Assembly (NCBI RefSeq): GCF_006345805.1
Contig: NC_043006.1
Location: forward strand, 25,048,001 to 25,112,000
Source: Octopus sinensis
Lineage: Eukaryota
DNA: 64,000 nt
Direction: 5' to 3'
In this document: in pieces, positions 38,005-52,160 of the stretch
How the letters are laid out: every line of letters begins with the position of its first letter
How positions within the stretch are numbered: the first letter of the stretch is position 1
Made by a program: the position numbers and the translations under genes
Notes under the pieces: model-generated
Database searches by the model: none
Told to the model about the DNA's origin: nothing
Seen by the model: only the letters and a program-made list of their open reading frames with translations

Positions 38005-39200
38005 AATATGTGGATAGAAAAGAAAACGATGCAGAAAAATTTTATTCATCAAAGTAAGTACTATTATAATTAACACATTTTTGCCAACGAGTTACAAGTT
38101 TGTTTATTCCAGTAACAAAAATCTGGGGTTCTGGAGCTGATGAACTCTTTGAATGCACTTTCAGCATTGGTTTGATTTTTTAACTCCTTCTCTCACAGGA
38201 AACCATAAAAGTGCTTGAAAATGTGGTAGTCGGTAGGAGAAAGGTCTGGGGAATAAGGTGGGTGGGTAAGAATTTCATAGCCATGTACCCTCAACTTTTG
38301 GAACATAATTAGTGAAATGTGTGGTTGAGCATTGTCATGAAGAATGATTGGCTCTCTTCTGTTGACCAGTCTGGGATGGATGAGTAGCAGTTTTTTGTTC
38401 ATTTTGGCATTTTATGACAGCATGTTTCTGCAGTAATGGTTTTTCCAAATTTTAAGAAGTTGTAGTGGATGAGTCCAGTAGTACACCACCAAACAGTCAC
38501 CATAAGCTTCTTTTTGAAGAGCTTGGGTTTAGGGAAGGGTTTTCAGTGCTTCATTTTGGTCTAACCACTGTGAAGGACGTTTTTTTATTATTGTACAGAA
38601 TTTACTTTTCATCACAAGTTACAATACAGTTGAGAAATGGATTGATCTAATTGCAAAGAAGAAGCAACAAGCAAATTTCATATCTGCGCATTTTCTGATT
38701 TTCATTCAAATCGTGTGGTACCCATTTGTTGAGCTTTGTTGATTTTCCAATCACATGCAAATGGTTGCAGGCAGTTTTCTGGCTAACTTGAAGTTCTTTT
38801 GCCAGTTCTCGAGCGGTTTTATGTGGATCTTTCTCAATGACTGTCTTTAATTGACCATTATTGATGACTATGCTCATGATCTTCAAGGCTAAGGTCTCCA
38901 CTGTGAAATCGTTTAAACCATTTTTGAGCTGACTAATCACTGGTAATTTCCTCACCAAACATTTCATTGATATCGTTAGCAGTTTCAGCTGCTTTACGTC
39001 CTTCTTTGAAGTTGAATAGCAAAATTGCTCAAATAACACGCTTTGACAGTTCCATTTCAGATGATTGTAACAATGGTAAAAAAAAATATCAATGTTAATT
39101 TACTGATGTTTTTAGCAAGTCTATGTATATATTCAAGTATATATATATAGATAAAACTTACTTGGAAAAGGATGCGTGGCGTTCGATCATATAATAATAT
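38005..39200 (-). mobile_element. Mariner DD34D transposon, decayed
   Basis: TARELAKEL HTH, WVPHDL and HDNAQPH...HPPYSPDLSPTDY (34 residues D to D). Ends are approximate. Confidence 0.9.
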
Positions 39201-39984
39201 AAATAATATATAAATATATGCATATATGCATACATATATGTACATCCCTACATATATATGTATTTATACATGTATATATGGGTACAGGTCATCAAAAAAA
39301 CGTTGAACACAATGAGAAACGAAAACATAAAAACAAAAACATAGAAACGAACTTGTTTTCAAACAACGAAAAAAAAACAAAGAAACAAGACATACAACAC
39401 AAGGAATATTCCCCTTGTTCAGTTGTCCCTGTTTCATCTACTCTGAGTTTCAAAGGTATTGAAAGGCTTGGAATGTCTGGAACCACTGTTGACACTGACT
39501 TACACTTATTGTCTGTTCCCATATGCTGCATTAATACTCCTCACATTTTCTGTTACATTGTTGCCTTTATTGAACTCATAAAGCAAAATATGCCAAATAT
39601 GCTCCTTTGTCACTTCCATTATAGCTTTGAAAATCTAACTGTTAAAATCGAACTGCACTCTTCAAAACTTACACTAAGAATAAGGGCAAGGTAAAATTAC
39701 TACCTGATTTTATAGCAAGCTGATGCATTTAGTTTATCCCAAATCCCTCTGACTCTTAGTTCATGCAATTGAAAAGCATTGCATTATTTATTGGATGACC
39801 CAATATATGTATGTATGTATATGTATAATTTAGTTGTTGGTTATGGCCAGACAGGAAGCTGTCATTGGTTTTGCACCTATAAAGTTCTTATCAGTATAGG
39901 TGACTTTTCAGACTCATTGACTTGGAAGCATATAACATCTGTCTTGCAGTCAGCAACAACAACAACAACATCAGTACCACCACC

Positions 39985-40260
39985 AGTGCAAGGGTACAGA
40001 CACAGAAATCTGTAGGGGCTACAGAGAGTGCCTTCAAGTAACATCTAAACAATCACAGGCCTTGTTTTAGGATCCCAGAGAGGTGCAATGTTACATCCTT
40101 GGCTAACTACAAATGGCTTTTAAAAGAAGAGAGTACACCATACAAAATTAAATGGAAGCTCCTGGAACAACCTGGACCATACCTTAAACTCCAAAAGTGA
40201 AATGTTTAGTCAGTTTCCTCAGAGGAAATTCATGTTGAAAACATGGAATTCCTTATTTGC
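39985..40260 (+). mobile_element. Penelope-like GIY-YIG fragment, decayed
   Basis: SVGATESAFK*HLNNH..F..TSLANYKWLLKE..YKIKWKLLE..PY. Confidence 0.7.
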
Positions 40261-41114
40261 CAACCAGTTAATGGAAATCGTGCATGTGCTGACCCATTTC
40301 AGATGCAACTGGAATTAGTCAAAAGAGATGACTTCATCTCATGCACAAGGGATGTCACCCAGCAGAATTTTGTTTTGAGGTTGTTTTTTTTTACAACCCT
40401 GACTAACAAAACCTGTATTTTAACCTCCACTTATAGAAAATTTGCCTTTGGCCAATAAGTCTGTCAAATCACTTATACCACTTAGACGTTTTTAGGCGCA
40501 AAACCAATAGTAACTCTCCTACCAGCTATAACCAACAACTATATTAATTTTCACTGCTCTAAAGGTTTTAGAGTCTACTTCTTTTCAGAATTATGTATTA
40601 GTATATATGTCTTTGATCTCTCTTCAGTATGTTATATAAATACGTTATACCTTGCAGCTGCCTGTTCATATTTTGTTCTATTATACCTATGTACAACAAT
40701 ATATTTTATCTACTCATGGGAAACATATATCTAAAATCTTCACAAATTCTACAAATGTTTAGCTTCCAATCTCTGAAGCTCAGCATTTGGTAAACACGCA
40801 TCTATGATACAGCCAAAATTATATCCAAAATGCAGGTTTGTTCTTAAGGTTCAGAAAATATTTTTGGTTCTGGGCAATTGTTGAGTGTCTATAAGTCATA
40901 GTGTAACCAGCATTTGAGTGCAATTGTTCATATTTCTTGGTTGACAGTTATATGCATACAAACATCTTAATTGGCATTCTCAAAGCAGATCTTCTGATTA
41001 GTACAAGTTCACTTATCTTCACATTGTATCTTCTTTCTATCTTTTTTATTATTACTACAGTAGTTCTTTCACTTATACAGTGCATTCACTTATACTGCTC
41101 AAGCCAATGAGAGT

Positions 41115-41300
41115 TGTTTGACTTGCTAGAAATAGCAGATAAATCCCCTCAAATCATACCTACTAACTTAAAAAAAGACATGTCAAATAATATGGATCTC
41201 TGTTCCAAGTGCATAGGAAAAATGATGGGATGGTCATAGCTGGAATGTCTTTCATCATAGTCCAGTTTGGTCAAGGCTAACCTGGAGTTAAACAACAACA
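41115..41300 (+). repeat. Dispersed repeat family, unclassified
   Basis: gctagaaatagcag..aaatc..tcaaatca..gatggtcatagctggaatg..ggctaacctgg..aaacaacaac. Related copies near 2860-2970, 4300-4475, 34175-34335 and 34685-34855. Confidence 0.65.
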
Positions 41301-44300
41301 ATCTCCACTCTTTTTACTGTCTATAATGTCTCAGCTCTAAACATTTTACCTAATCCTTTATCTCTAAACTTCCATCCTCCTAGAGCTTCTTTCCTCATGC
41401 CTTCCATACAAGTGTCTACCTGCAGAATCTAATACAAAAGATCAATAAGTCATGATCTACAGAAGGAGCATAAATTGATTCCAATCTGCTAGTAATACAC
41501 TTGTAACAATTTCTATCTAAATACCATACCAATGATAACAGAAAATAGATAGAAATTACAGTATGCTAGTATTATTTTTACTTATTTTCAACACTACATA
41601 AAAAATTGTTATTAAATCATTTTTCTTTTATTTACACTTTCAATAAATGTAAACTGTCATTTTAAGATGTTTTTAATTTCATAAAATATTGAAATTGAAA
41701 TATTGAATATTGAAATAATGTCATTGTGATGTTCAATGTACTTTTGATTCAGTTAGCTTAGTTGACAATAAATACCATTTCTGTTTCAACACTAATTGCT
41801 ACCAAATCCTACCATAAAAATAACACCTTCTTTGATAATTTATAGAAATACTGAATTTTTTTTAAAAAGTACATTGTTTGTTTTAAAAACTGATATAAAA
41901 TGATTTTGTAATGAAAACTTAATATCAGGAAGTTATTAATGAAACCGTTAGCTTCAGTTTGCCTGAAAGTTGCTCCTTTTGTTTTTTAACTATTACTGTG
42001 CTTCATGAACTTCCTGTTTAGCTGGGAAATTGCTTGTTGAATAATAGAAATATTGCTGCATGTATTTAATATGCAATATTTTTGCTTTGGTAGCATGCTC
42101 TTCAAAGGGGAAATTATTCAAATGATCTCAAATGATTGAACATACTTTGGTCACTTTATTCAATATATAGTTTATCATAGCAATATTAAAATAATATTCC
42201 TTTCATCATCACCAGTATGATACCTAACTAAAAGTAATGTAATGAACCTCAAAAATACATTTTTATGAGCACTCGCCAATATGTACATGTGTTTGACTTA
42301 TCTAAATTCTTGCAGCTGATGCTTTACAACTGATATGATTTCAAGTATTAGCTGTTCTATCATTTAAATACCATTATCCTTTAATTACATGTCAAGAGGC
42401 CTGCTAACATTTTATTACAAATATAGTGCTTACTCATAAATTGTCCGCTATGGCTATATAGAAGTCATTTTCTATCTTTTAGTACATTTCCAAGGTGGTG
42501 CTCCAGGATGGTACAGTCAAATGACTAAAACAAGTAAAAGAAAAATATAAAAGACTATATATTAAAACTAAGGCAGTAAAGCTGGAACAACTTTTAACAA
42601 AACCAAACCAAATATTTTGTGGGCACCAAAATGTTTTTCTCTCATATTTGAAGGGACATATCATCATGTGTATTTCTGGGATAATAGATTCTGTCAATAG
42701 ATACTTATAAGTTTCTATATTAAATGTCAATAGTTACAAAAAGGTATTGTGTTTAATTTAATAGCTGATATTCTTGCCCTGATAAAAGTGATATTATACT
42801 AAAATCAAAATTCTGAAAATCTATAAATTTGTTTCTTGAACGTTTCAAGTTAAATGTTGATGGGACACTCTATACCTGGCACTTCTCTGCTCATGCACTT
42901 TCTTTCTAAAGGACCCAGTGACATGCTTATAGCAATACAAAAATTCTTGATTAAAGGGTGACGAAATGAAATATTGGATACATTATGTATATATTATGTA
43001 TTGCAGACATTCAGAAGGCACTTAGAGTTATTTACCTCCCTATTCATGGCTATTAAGAGATTATGCACAAATTATTTGCAAACTGAAATGGACATGTAAA
43101 TAAAGTATTGGATTTCCAGCCTGCAACACATGAAATCATGTTATGGTGTAGTATTATATAAAATACTTTAACTTGCTTAACAAAGGTCTTACGCTTAATA
43201 AAGAAATCCCTACATTCTATTTACTGCCCACCAGAAGCTACTGGCAAACAATTTTTCTTTAGTTTACTAATATTGTTGAATTGCTGTGCCATTATGAAAG
43301 ACAGATAATTGTACATTGAAATCACAACTAAATCTCCATAAAATCACTCACTACAATCTTAATAAAAGAAGGGCATTTTGGATCAGGAAATTCAAGTTAC
43401 ATTCTTAATCAACACTTGTTGCAAACAGATAACTGCTTGTGAACAAAGATGGTGACATAAGTACCTTGATCACCAGCACTGGGAAGTGTCCACATTCTTT
43501 CTACTTGAGGCCTTTACCCTATCAATTTGACTGTCTCTCAATATCTTTTATGATCTCTGTATGACTATTCATTCATTGTTAATATAAAGGAGTGATATAA
43601 TAATGCATATGCTTAAATGACTGCTAAAGAGACTGAAAATCCTTTTTAAAAAATATGTACAGTAAAGAAATATGTAAACTCTCTTTTATTTTGTATTATT
43701 CTCAAGACTCTTTATCTATGATCGTATTCTCTCACATGTGCACAGCCTTAATTCTAGCATCTTTTTATCACTCACAAACTGTCTTCGTCTTACATCTAAT
43801 TAGTCATTCATTCATTCACTGGCTTTGTTTCTATCACAGCTGTGTTCTACTCTTGTGCCTTTTCAAAAAATACCTACAAAATTTTTCAATGTCTTTTTCC
43901 AAATCTTATGACACTGCCCTGTACATCTGTGTGTTTTAAGATTTAGTAAAATCATTTTAAAGAATTAAATTTTTATAGATTTTTTTCTGAATTAGATTAT
44001 ACTTTAAACTATAGCATGAGAATATATTTTCAAGACAAGATGAATAAAATATATTTAAACAATGGCATGGGAATAAAATTTTGTAGATGTTTTTGAAAAA
44101 TGCAAATTTGTGTTTGAAAGGTTAAAGAAAAGGATACAGCAGAAAAGTAAATATTGTGAATTATGATTATAAAGTTTGATCCAGTAATATTAGGACTAGA
44201 TAATCAATCAAGAGGTCCAGTTGCAATTCTAGGCATACTATGCTTTAGTTTGATCTGAGATTCTTGCTTATCTCATTATGCAATGAGGAGTGAGTAAAGT

Positions 44301-45220
44301 AGTTTCTACACAATCTCTTCATGTCAACCCTTCTACCAAACTGCTGGTTTTGTGCCTAAATTGATTATTATAATCATCATCATGGTTGTCCTTCTCATCA
44401 ACATCATGAATATATAACTAAATTCACAAACCACACAAACAATAATGTGAGAATTATTGAAATACTCCTCTCATTTTTCTTTAAATATTTGAAATTCCTT
44501 TGATACTTACTCGAATCACGAGTAAGGCAGATTGTTGTTATTACTAACAAAGGCCATGATCTATTTGGTATAATGGAATAAAAAATTGTTATTGTGATTT
44601 AAGTGTTTCCAGAATAATTTCAACTTAGTAAATCCTGTCTATTTTCATACAGTCACAGAATCACTTTGGTAGAGTTTGTTTATTATATGTAATACTGAGA
44701 TCTGCTAGTCATGACTGTGTTTTCATATCTGTCATGTGGAGCAACTATCTTCCTTATAACAAACTAAGTGTTTATCATTTGCGTAGAAAGATACTACCAG
44801 GCTGATGAAGAAAGGGAAATGTCTTACTTTTATACTATCAATTGCAATTCAGTTAATCAACTGGTCTAATTTTTATACATCCACTGGCCAACAATAATTA
44901 AAAACTTTGAACTGAAAATAATGCAAAAATGGACATGACTGTTTTTTTAATTGTCATAGATTGTTTAAATTGCACATTTTAGTAAAATAATCCTTCTTCT
45001 ATACAAAGTAATTTACTCAACATAGTCTCCAGCACAAGTGATGCATTTGTCATTGAATTCAACTCTCAAAACTCTCAAAAAAACTTTGCAAAAATTCATG
45101 TGTGCACTGTTGTACTTACTTTTTCACAGCCACTTTCACCTCATTTGCATCACCATTGTTCTCATTGGGCCAAACAGTTAGAAATTAGGGGGCAGTAAAT
45201 TTGCACTGTATAATGAGGAC

Positions 45221-45955
45221 AGCTGTGTGAAGAAGTGTCATGCCCTAACTATGGAGAGGACCTGTGGAAGAGGTAGATCCAGGAAAACATGGAATGAAGT
45301 GGTAACACATGACCTTAAAACATTGGGCTTCAATGAGGCAATGACAAGTGACTGAGACTTTTGGAGATATGCCATGCCAGAGAAGACCTGGCAAGCCAAG
45401 TGAGATTGTAGTCGTGACTGATGCCAGTGTTGCATAACTGACCCATTTAAAAGCACCCTTCAATCATTGGGTGATATGGTGTGCTTGTAAAGACCTCTTG
45501 AACCGAGTGAAATCGTAGTTATAGCCGACATCAGTGCTGCCTGACTGACACCTGTACTGGTGGCACGTAAAAAGCACCATTTGAGAGTAGCCAATGCCAG
45601 TGCCACCTGACTGGCACCCGTGCCAATGGCACATAAAAAAGTATCATTCAAGCATGGCCAATGCCAGTGCTGCCTGACTGGCACCCATGCCGGTGGCACA
45701 TAAAAGGCATCATTCAAGTAGCTACCATGCCAGTGACACATAGAAAACACCCACTATACTAGCTACCATGCCAGTGGCATGTAAAAAGCACCTACTACAC
45801 TCTTTAAGTGGTTGGCATTAGGAAGGGCATCTAGCTGTAGAAACCTTGCCAAATTAGATTGGAATCTGGTGCAGCCTCCCAGCTTGCTAGTTCTCACTCA
45901 AACCGTCCAACCCATGCCAGCATGGAAAGTGGACGTTAAACTATGATGATGATGA
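45221..45955 (+). mobile_element. RTE LINE 3' end with expanded 3'-UTR subrepeats
   Basis: EDSCVKKCHAL..TCGRGRSRKTW matches the C-terminus of the 29412 element; same tail and (GAT)n end. Confidence 0.88.
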
Positions 45956-45999
45956 ATGAATGGAGTATACAGTCACCATAATATTCTGTGTCAATTGCT

Positions 46000-46660
46000 G
46001 GTTGTTGAACTTCTTAGACTTTAGAGAAGAGATGTGAGGCCATTCCATTAATGGAGTCTTCATTTTTGGATCATAAAGATACAATTGTTTCATTCCTTGT
46101 CACCTGATCAGGAGAAAAAAACATCTTCCTTGGTTTCAAATACTTTCAGCAAATCAGAGAAGACTTTCACCCATCTCTGTTTCAAATCAGGTATCAACTG
46201 TTTAGTACCCACTTTGCATACCCTTTCCAACCCCCAAAATCTTATATCATCTTGTACTGCATCTTTGCGTAGCAAGCTTGTGGATTGTGACTTGTCTGTC
46301 TGTGTAAATTAATTCATCCACTTCTTCACAATTAATATCAGTGGTCACAGTTGATGGTCTTCCACCACGTAGTTTGTCATAATTGCTAGTCTTCCCTTCT
46401 TTAAACTTCTTCACTCATTTATGCTCATTGCTCTTGTCGTGCTAATATCTTTGTAAACAACCTGTAACCTTCTGTAAGTGCCTAACAGCATACAGCCTTC
46501 CTTCATCAGGAATTCAATGACAAGCCGCTTCTGTTTGGAACCCATTATTTGCCTGCAATGTAGAACAGGAAGATTTACCATAGAGGTAGAGTTATTCTAC
46601 CAACGCTTGCAATTTGAACAACCCATGTCAGTTAATAAAAAAAAGTTATGTTCACTTTAG
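46000..46660 (-). mobile_element. Mariner N-terminal remnant
   Basis: Minus strand has GGRPST and VPRL..DQ..-like segments, heavily decayed. Confidence 0.55.
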
Positions 46661-47253
46661 CATTACTTTTGGTAGAACCCTCATATCATCTGCTTAAAGC
46701 TAAAAATGCTTTTTTTTGGTATATTATTATATTGAACATTTTCTTGTTTTGTCAAATAGTGAGTGAACTAATAAAACAATGGTTTTAAGTTCAATTATTT
46801 TTACTGTCATTGTGTTAAGCTTAAAACCATGTAAATTGCAAAATGAAAATAGATTAGTGTTTATATATTTCATTCATGGAGCATTAAAAAGCGTAGAAAT
46901 AATTTTGCGTTGAGAAGAAACAACAATTAATGACTATTATTATTTTTATTTTCTGGTATGGAAAATAACTTCAGACATATTTCACTTACTGAAGTAGTGA
47001 TAAAAGTACGGCTGAGTAAATATACAATAAACATTGCTTCCTTTTCTTGATTTATAATAAGAATAGTATCCCTTCGTATACGAAAAAAAACAATTGATTC
47101 AAATTTTTATGCAAATGACCAAATTTCCTGAACCATCCAACCTATATTTCTATAGACAAATATGCTAGATAGATATAAAACTAATATAAAAGTTTTTGTC
47201 TAATTTACTTTTGATTTTTCTTTTATTTCTTTGTTTGATTATTTCATCTGTAG

Positions 47254-47504
47254 GTCTATCAGACATCCCTGGTGCTGCTCAAAGTGGTTACCCAGCAGCA
47301 GCAGCAACACATTCTCAGAAATCTACACGCAGCAAATATACCAACCAGCCACCAGTGATTGGACCGAATACTCGTGTACGTATGATCCTTGTAAAGCGCA
47401 AGGTTGAAGAACTGAAGGCTGATCTTAAAAACTTACAGTTCTTACATCGGAAAAATACAGAAACTGGGCAGACATTGATGGCTGAATCAACTAAAAAAAT
47501 TTTG
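47254..47504 (+). CDS. Internal exon C of the SRCIN1/KIAA1217-like gene
   Basis: Pyrimidine tract then ctgtag, donor gtaggc, 251 nt. LSDIPGAAQSGY...RVRMILVKRKVEELKADLKNLQFLHRKNTETGQTLMAESTKKIL (heptad pattern). Phase 1 start matches exon B. Confidence 0.85.
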
Positions 47505-48728
47505 GTAGGCTAAAAATGTTTGCTTCTTTACATTTAAATTTACTATTTCCTACTACTGGAACAACCATTATCATTATTAATTTAGATATATTTGTTTTCT
47601 TTTATCTGTTTGTTATACTTTTTTGCCATTGGCTCCTATGAACTTCAGAATTTTATAACACTAAAAGTATTCATTGAGCTTAATTCTTTCCTACTTTTAG
47701 TATCATTGTTTCTCATCACTCAAACCCATTTTTACTAACATTTTATTTCTGACCATGTATTTCACCTCTGACTACTGCAATAGTTCAAACTACATACTAC
47801 AATATCTCTTCTTCTTAGACACAAAAATAAAAATGATTTTCAAAGTTGCTATATTGGTATCCTAGAGTTATGAGCAATGTGTAATAGTAATTCAGTGAAT
47901 AAGTTTTTAGACTATCAGCTTTGGGTCATGAATCAATAGTCTAAAACTGAGTGTGTGCTTATTCACTTGCTCACTCAGACACATAAAATGCAGCTCATAG
48001 CTTCATATACTCACACAGGTACTGGGAGTATAGGTTATGAGTTCATATACTCACTTGGCTACTTAAAACTTGAGTAGAAAATAGATTTCAGAAACTTTTA
48101 ACATTTGTATATTGTTGATACAAATGATTTTTACAGGTGTAAAGTAGGAATGCTAAAATGTTGACTGCCATGGCTGATTGATCCATATTAAACATATTCA
48201 CTAGTTGAGGCATAAGTTGAACATAAGACTTGTAATACACTGGACTTAACATGCTGCAATTAGCCAATTAACCTCTTCCTTTGAAAAGTACTTTAAATAT
48301 CTCTGATTGTCAATACTTGATAAGATTCATTTAATATCATTGCATTGAAACACAATACTGATAAAATGAATTGCAGAGCCAATGTAGTGTGATATACCAA
48401 CTAAAGTGCCAGTAATGTGGTCCTACAAAATTCTTAAGTTTCAACTAATCTAACCAGAAATAAGGTTTTTAAGTAGTGAACTATTATAATTGATAAATGT
48501 TTTATTAATGTGGAGTATTGAATTCATGTCCCCTTAGGTGTTCAGAGGCGACAACTAGAAACCAATTGTGTTCTCCCTAAAATCACTACTTCAATGCTAA
48601 GTCTTCAGTTTTTGAGTTATACAACTAAAACAAATTGATAGGATGCCAAATACATATTTATACATGTGATATAAATATCACCTCATCAATTCTCCTCTCT
48701 TACACTAGACATTGTGATATTTTTATAG

Positions 48729-48850
48729 AATGTTTTGAGTAGAATTTCGTTTACGGTCAGTCTACACCCCATTCGAAAAGAGCGGCATGATGTGGATGCA
48801 AATTACACAGAGTTTGTCCGTGAAGAAAAGAGGATAGACCAAGAACTTTG
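48729..48850 (+). CDS. Internal exon D (AIP3-domain region)
   Basis: Acceptor ttatag, donor gtaagt, 122 nt. NVLSRISFTVSLHPIRKERHDVDANYTEFVREEKRIDQEL. Phase 0 in, phase 2 out. Confidence 0.88.
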
Positions 48851-49760
48851 GTAAGTTGATATTTATTTGTTAACATTATTCTCTCCACCACCCACTATAT
48901 ATCAGTCTACACCTCCATTTATAAATAGGCACAAATGTTGAGATTTAACTAATGTCAGCAGTTTATCAATAAAGAATTTCTTAGTATCTTAAATAGGAAT
49001 TGAATCAATAATCAACTTATTTTAATATGAACTATCTAACCATTAAACACTTCCTCTTACTATGATGTAAATGTCTTACTATTAACACTGTATTATGTCC
49101 AAAAAGCTTAACTTTCAGCCCATTTAATTATAAATACATACTACTGCATAGGAAAAACTTGTTACTGTAAACAGACTTCTCAATACATTTATGTTTAATA
49201 TTTTCCAAAGATTTAGTGAAATATTTTCTTGAGAACTCACAGGTAGAATACTTAAAATCATAAATCTGCCTTATCAGGGTTGACTTGAGACTTTTTTCTC
49301 TCTGTCTTCCTCTCATCTCTTTATCTTTGTTCATTTGTCTATCTAGCCCAATCTGAAGGCATGAATTTTAATCGAGTTCTTTGTAGATTTTTTTGCCCAC
49401 TGACCTCTGGCTTGCATGTTTCCATCACAGCCAGTTAAATTTAGAAAGTTCCCTATGTTTTCAGTCTTTTTGAAGATGGCTAATAGAGAGGAAAAACATT
49501 TTTTTGATGATGTAGTTGTAGTAATCAAACTATTCATCAATAAAGAAGGCATTTGAAACAGCTGTAGTAAACCTTTAAACCAATTTGTGTTCTTCTTTTA
49601 TACAAATGCCATACCTGGAACCTTATATGGAGATATGTATATCGTTAGACTAGAACAAGAGGAAAATAGTGAATGCTGGGAGAAACATTTTTTTGAAAGG
49701 AGAAAAGATAGAAGAGAGAGAGAAAACACATCGGTTTCTTTAAATATCCGTGCAGGAAAT

Positions 49761-50073
49761 TCTGTGCCAATGGCACGTAAAAAGCACCACCCGAATCGTG
49801 GCCGATGCCAGCGCTGCCTTGACTGGCTTCCGTGCCGGTGGCACGTAAAATGCACCAGTCCGATCATGGCTGTTGCCAGCCTCGCCTGGCACCTGTGCAG
49901 GTGGCACGTAAAAAGCACCCACTACACTCACGGAGTGGTTGGCGTTAGGAAGGGCATCCAGCTGTAGAAACATTGCCAGATAAGACTGGAGCCTGGTACA
50001 GCCTTCTGGCTTCCCAGGTCACCGGTCGAACCGTCCAACCCATGCTAGCATGGAGAACAGATGTTAAACGATG
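49761..50073 (+). mobile_element. RTE 3' UTR/tail fragment
   Basis: gtgccggtggcacgtaaaaagcacc subrepeats plus the tail ending gttaaacgatga. Confidence 0.85.
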
Positions 50074-51573
50074 AGCGCCACACAACCTTGAATTGAAGAA
50101 GGGCACAGTCATCATGCTTCTCAGAAACCTGGATCAGCCATGACCGAACCTTGAATTGAAGAAGGGCACAGTCATCATGCTTCTCAGAAACCTGGATCAG
50201 CCATGACTGAACCTTGAATTGAAGAAGGGCACAGTCATCATGCTTCTCAGAAACCTGGATCAGCCATGACTGAACCTTGAATTGAAGAAGGGTACAGTCA
50301 TCATGCTTCTCAGAAACCTGGATCAGCCATGACTGAACCTTGAATTGAAGAAAGGCACAGTCATCATGCTTCTCAGAAACCTGGATCAGCCATGACTGAA
50401 CCTTGAATTGAAGAAGGGTACAGTCATCATGCTTCTCAGAAACCTGGATCAGCCATGACTGAACCTTGAATTGAAGAAGGGCACAGTCATCATGCTTCTC
50501 AGAAACCTGGATCAGCCATGACTGAACCTTGAATTGAAGAAGGGTACAGTCATCATGCTTCTCAGAAACCTGGATCAGCCATGACTGAACCTTGAATTGA
50601 AGAAGGGTACAGTCATCATGCTTCTCAGAAACCTGGATCAGCCATGACTGAACCTTGAATTGAAGAAGGGCACAGTCATCATGCTTCTCAGAAACCTGGA
50701 TCAGCCATGACTGAACCTTGAATTGAAGAAGGGTACAGTCATCATGCTTCTCAGAAACCTGGATCAGCCATGACTGAACCTTGAATTAAAGAAGGGTACA
50801 GTCATCATGCTTCTCAGAAACCTGGATCAGCCATGACTGAACCTTGAATTGAAGAAGGGCACAGTCATCATGCTTCTCAGAAACCTGGATCAGCCATGAC
50901 TGAACCTTGAATTGAAGAAGGGCACAGTTATCATGCTTCTCAGAAACCTGGATCAGCCATGACTGAACCTTGAATTGAAGAAGGGCACAGTCATCATGCT
51001 TCTCAGAAACCTGGATCAGCCATGACTGAACTACAGCCTAACATTATCAGAGCAAAACTCCTCACTGGATGTAGTAAGGGAGACATTGTATTTATACCTA
51101 GAATACCGCTAACAGATGCCCTCTTTCATTTCAAACTATTGCAATTCCAAGTGAGAGTCAGTTATGTAGAGACCATTAAGAAGTCCCAAGGTCAACCACT
51201 GCAGGTTGTCAGTCTCCATCTAGAAGAGGGTTGTTCTTCACATGGTCAATTGTGTGTAGGTTGTACCAGAGTAAGAAGCCCACAGAAACTCTTCATAAAT
51301 GCTCCAAAGAAAAAACTTGTAAACATTGTAAATACTGAAGTTCTGTAAATGTTTTATAATTTTTGTACAATACATTTCTCTATTACTAATCTATGTTGTT
51401 TTCTGTATTTAGATAGTCTAAATATTTTTTTAAAATTATGTTATGCAATATTGATATACCTTTTGACAGCTTTTATTGTAAGAAAAATGGGCATTATGAT
51501 AGATGCTAACTCGTGCCTTATGAATACATTTCAACATTGTACAGACCAGGCCAAAGGTCAGGAGGCCCACTAG
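50074..51573 (+). mobile_element. Helitron 3' fragment (PIF1 helicase C-terminus plus CTAG end)
   Basis: PHNLELKKGTVIMLLRNLDQP, then IIRAKLLTG..VFIPRIP..QF.VR..I.KSQGQ.L..HL...SHGQL.VG.TRV..NIV..EVL. Imperfect GC-rich hairpin then CTAG (51570-51573) followed by T. Confidence 0.9.
50084..51031 (+). repeat. Tandem minisatellite, 15 x 63 bp
   Basis: Unit aaccttgaattgaagaaggg(c/t)acagtcatcatgcttctcagaaacctggatcagccatgactg, period exactly 63, no spacers. Confidence 0.97.
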
Positions 51574-51869
51574 TATATATATAAATATCACATGTGATCA
51601 CATGACCAACAAGGCTATCAGATACTTTTACAAATTGTTGGTCACAATGCATTTTGCATTATTTTAGCTTTCAAATGATGCAACCCTGCTTAGCTAGGTG
51701 AGCTGGCCAGCATTCCCCACTGATTGAAAGGGGACTGGAGCAACATGAAATGAAGTGTTTTGCTGAAGAGCACAAAGCACTGCCCAATCAGGGAATCAAA
51801 CCCACAATCTCACAATCTTCAGTGCAACAGCCTAACTATTAGGCCATATACCTTCACATACATATATAT

Positions 51870-52160
51870 ATATAACTGTGTGTGTGTGTGTGTGTGTGCG
51901 TGTGTGCGTATGTATGTATGTATATGCATGCATGTGTGTGTGCGTTTGTGGGTGTGTGCATGTATGTGTATGTGCATGCATGTGTGTGTGCATGTGTGTT
52001 TGTGTGCATGTGTGTGTGCGTGTGTGCGTATGTATGTATGTATGTGCATGCATGTGTGTGTGCATGTGTGTTTGTGTGCATGTGTGTGTGTGTGTGTGCA
52101 TGTGTGTGTGCGTGTGTGTGTGCATGCTTGTGTGTGTGTGTGCGTGCGCACGCGTGCGTG
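51870..52160. repeat. Compound (GT/GC/AT) microsatellite with a 120-bp internal duplication
   Basis: The block at 51891 recurs at 52011. Confidence 0.85.

Noticed and set aside
50084-51031. 63-bp array as a CRISPR array
   Set aside because: Units are contiguous with no unique spacers, the context is eukaryotic, there are no cas genes, and the unit translates as Helitron helicase.
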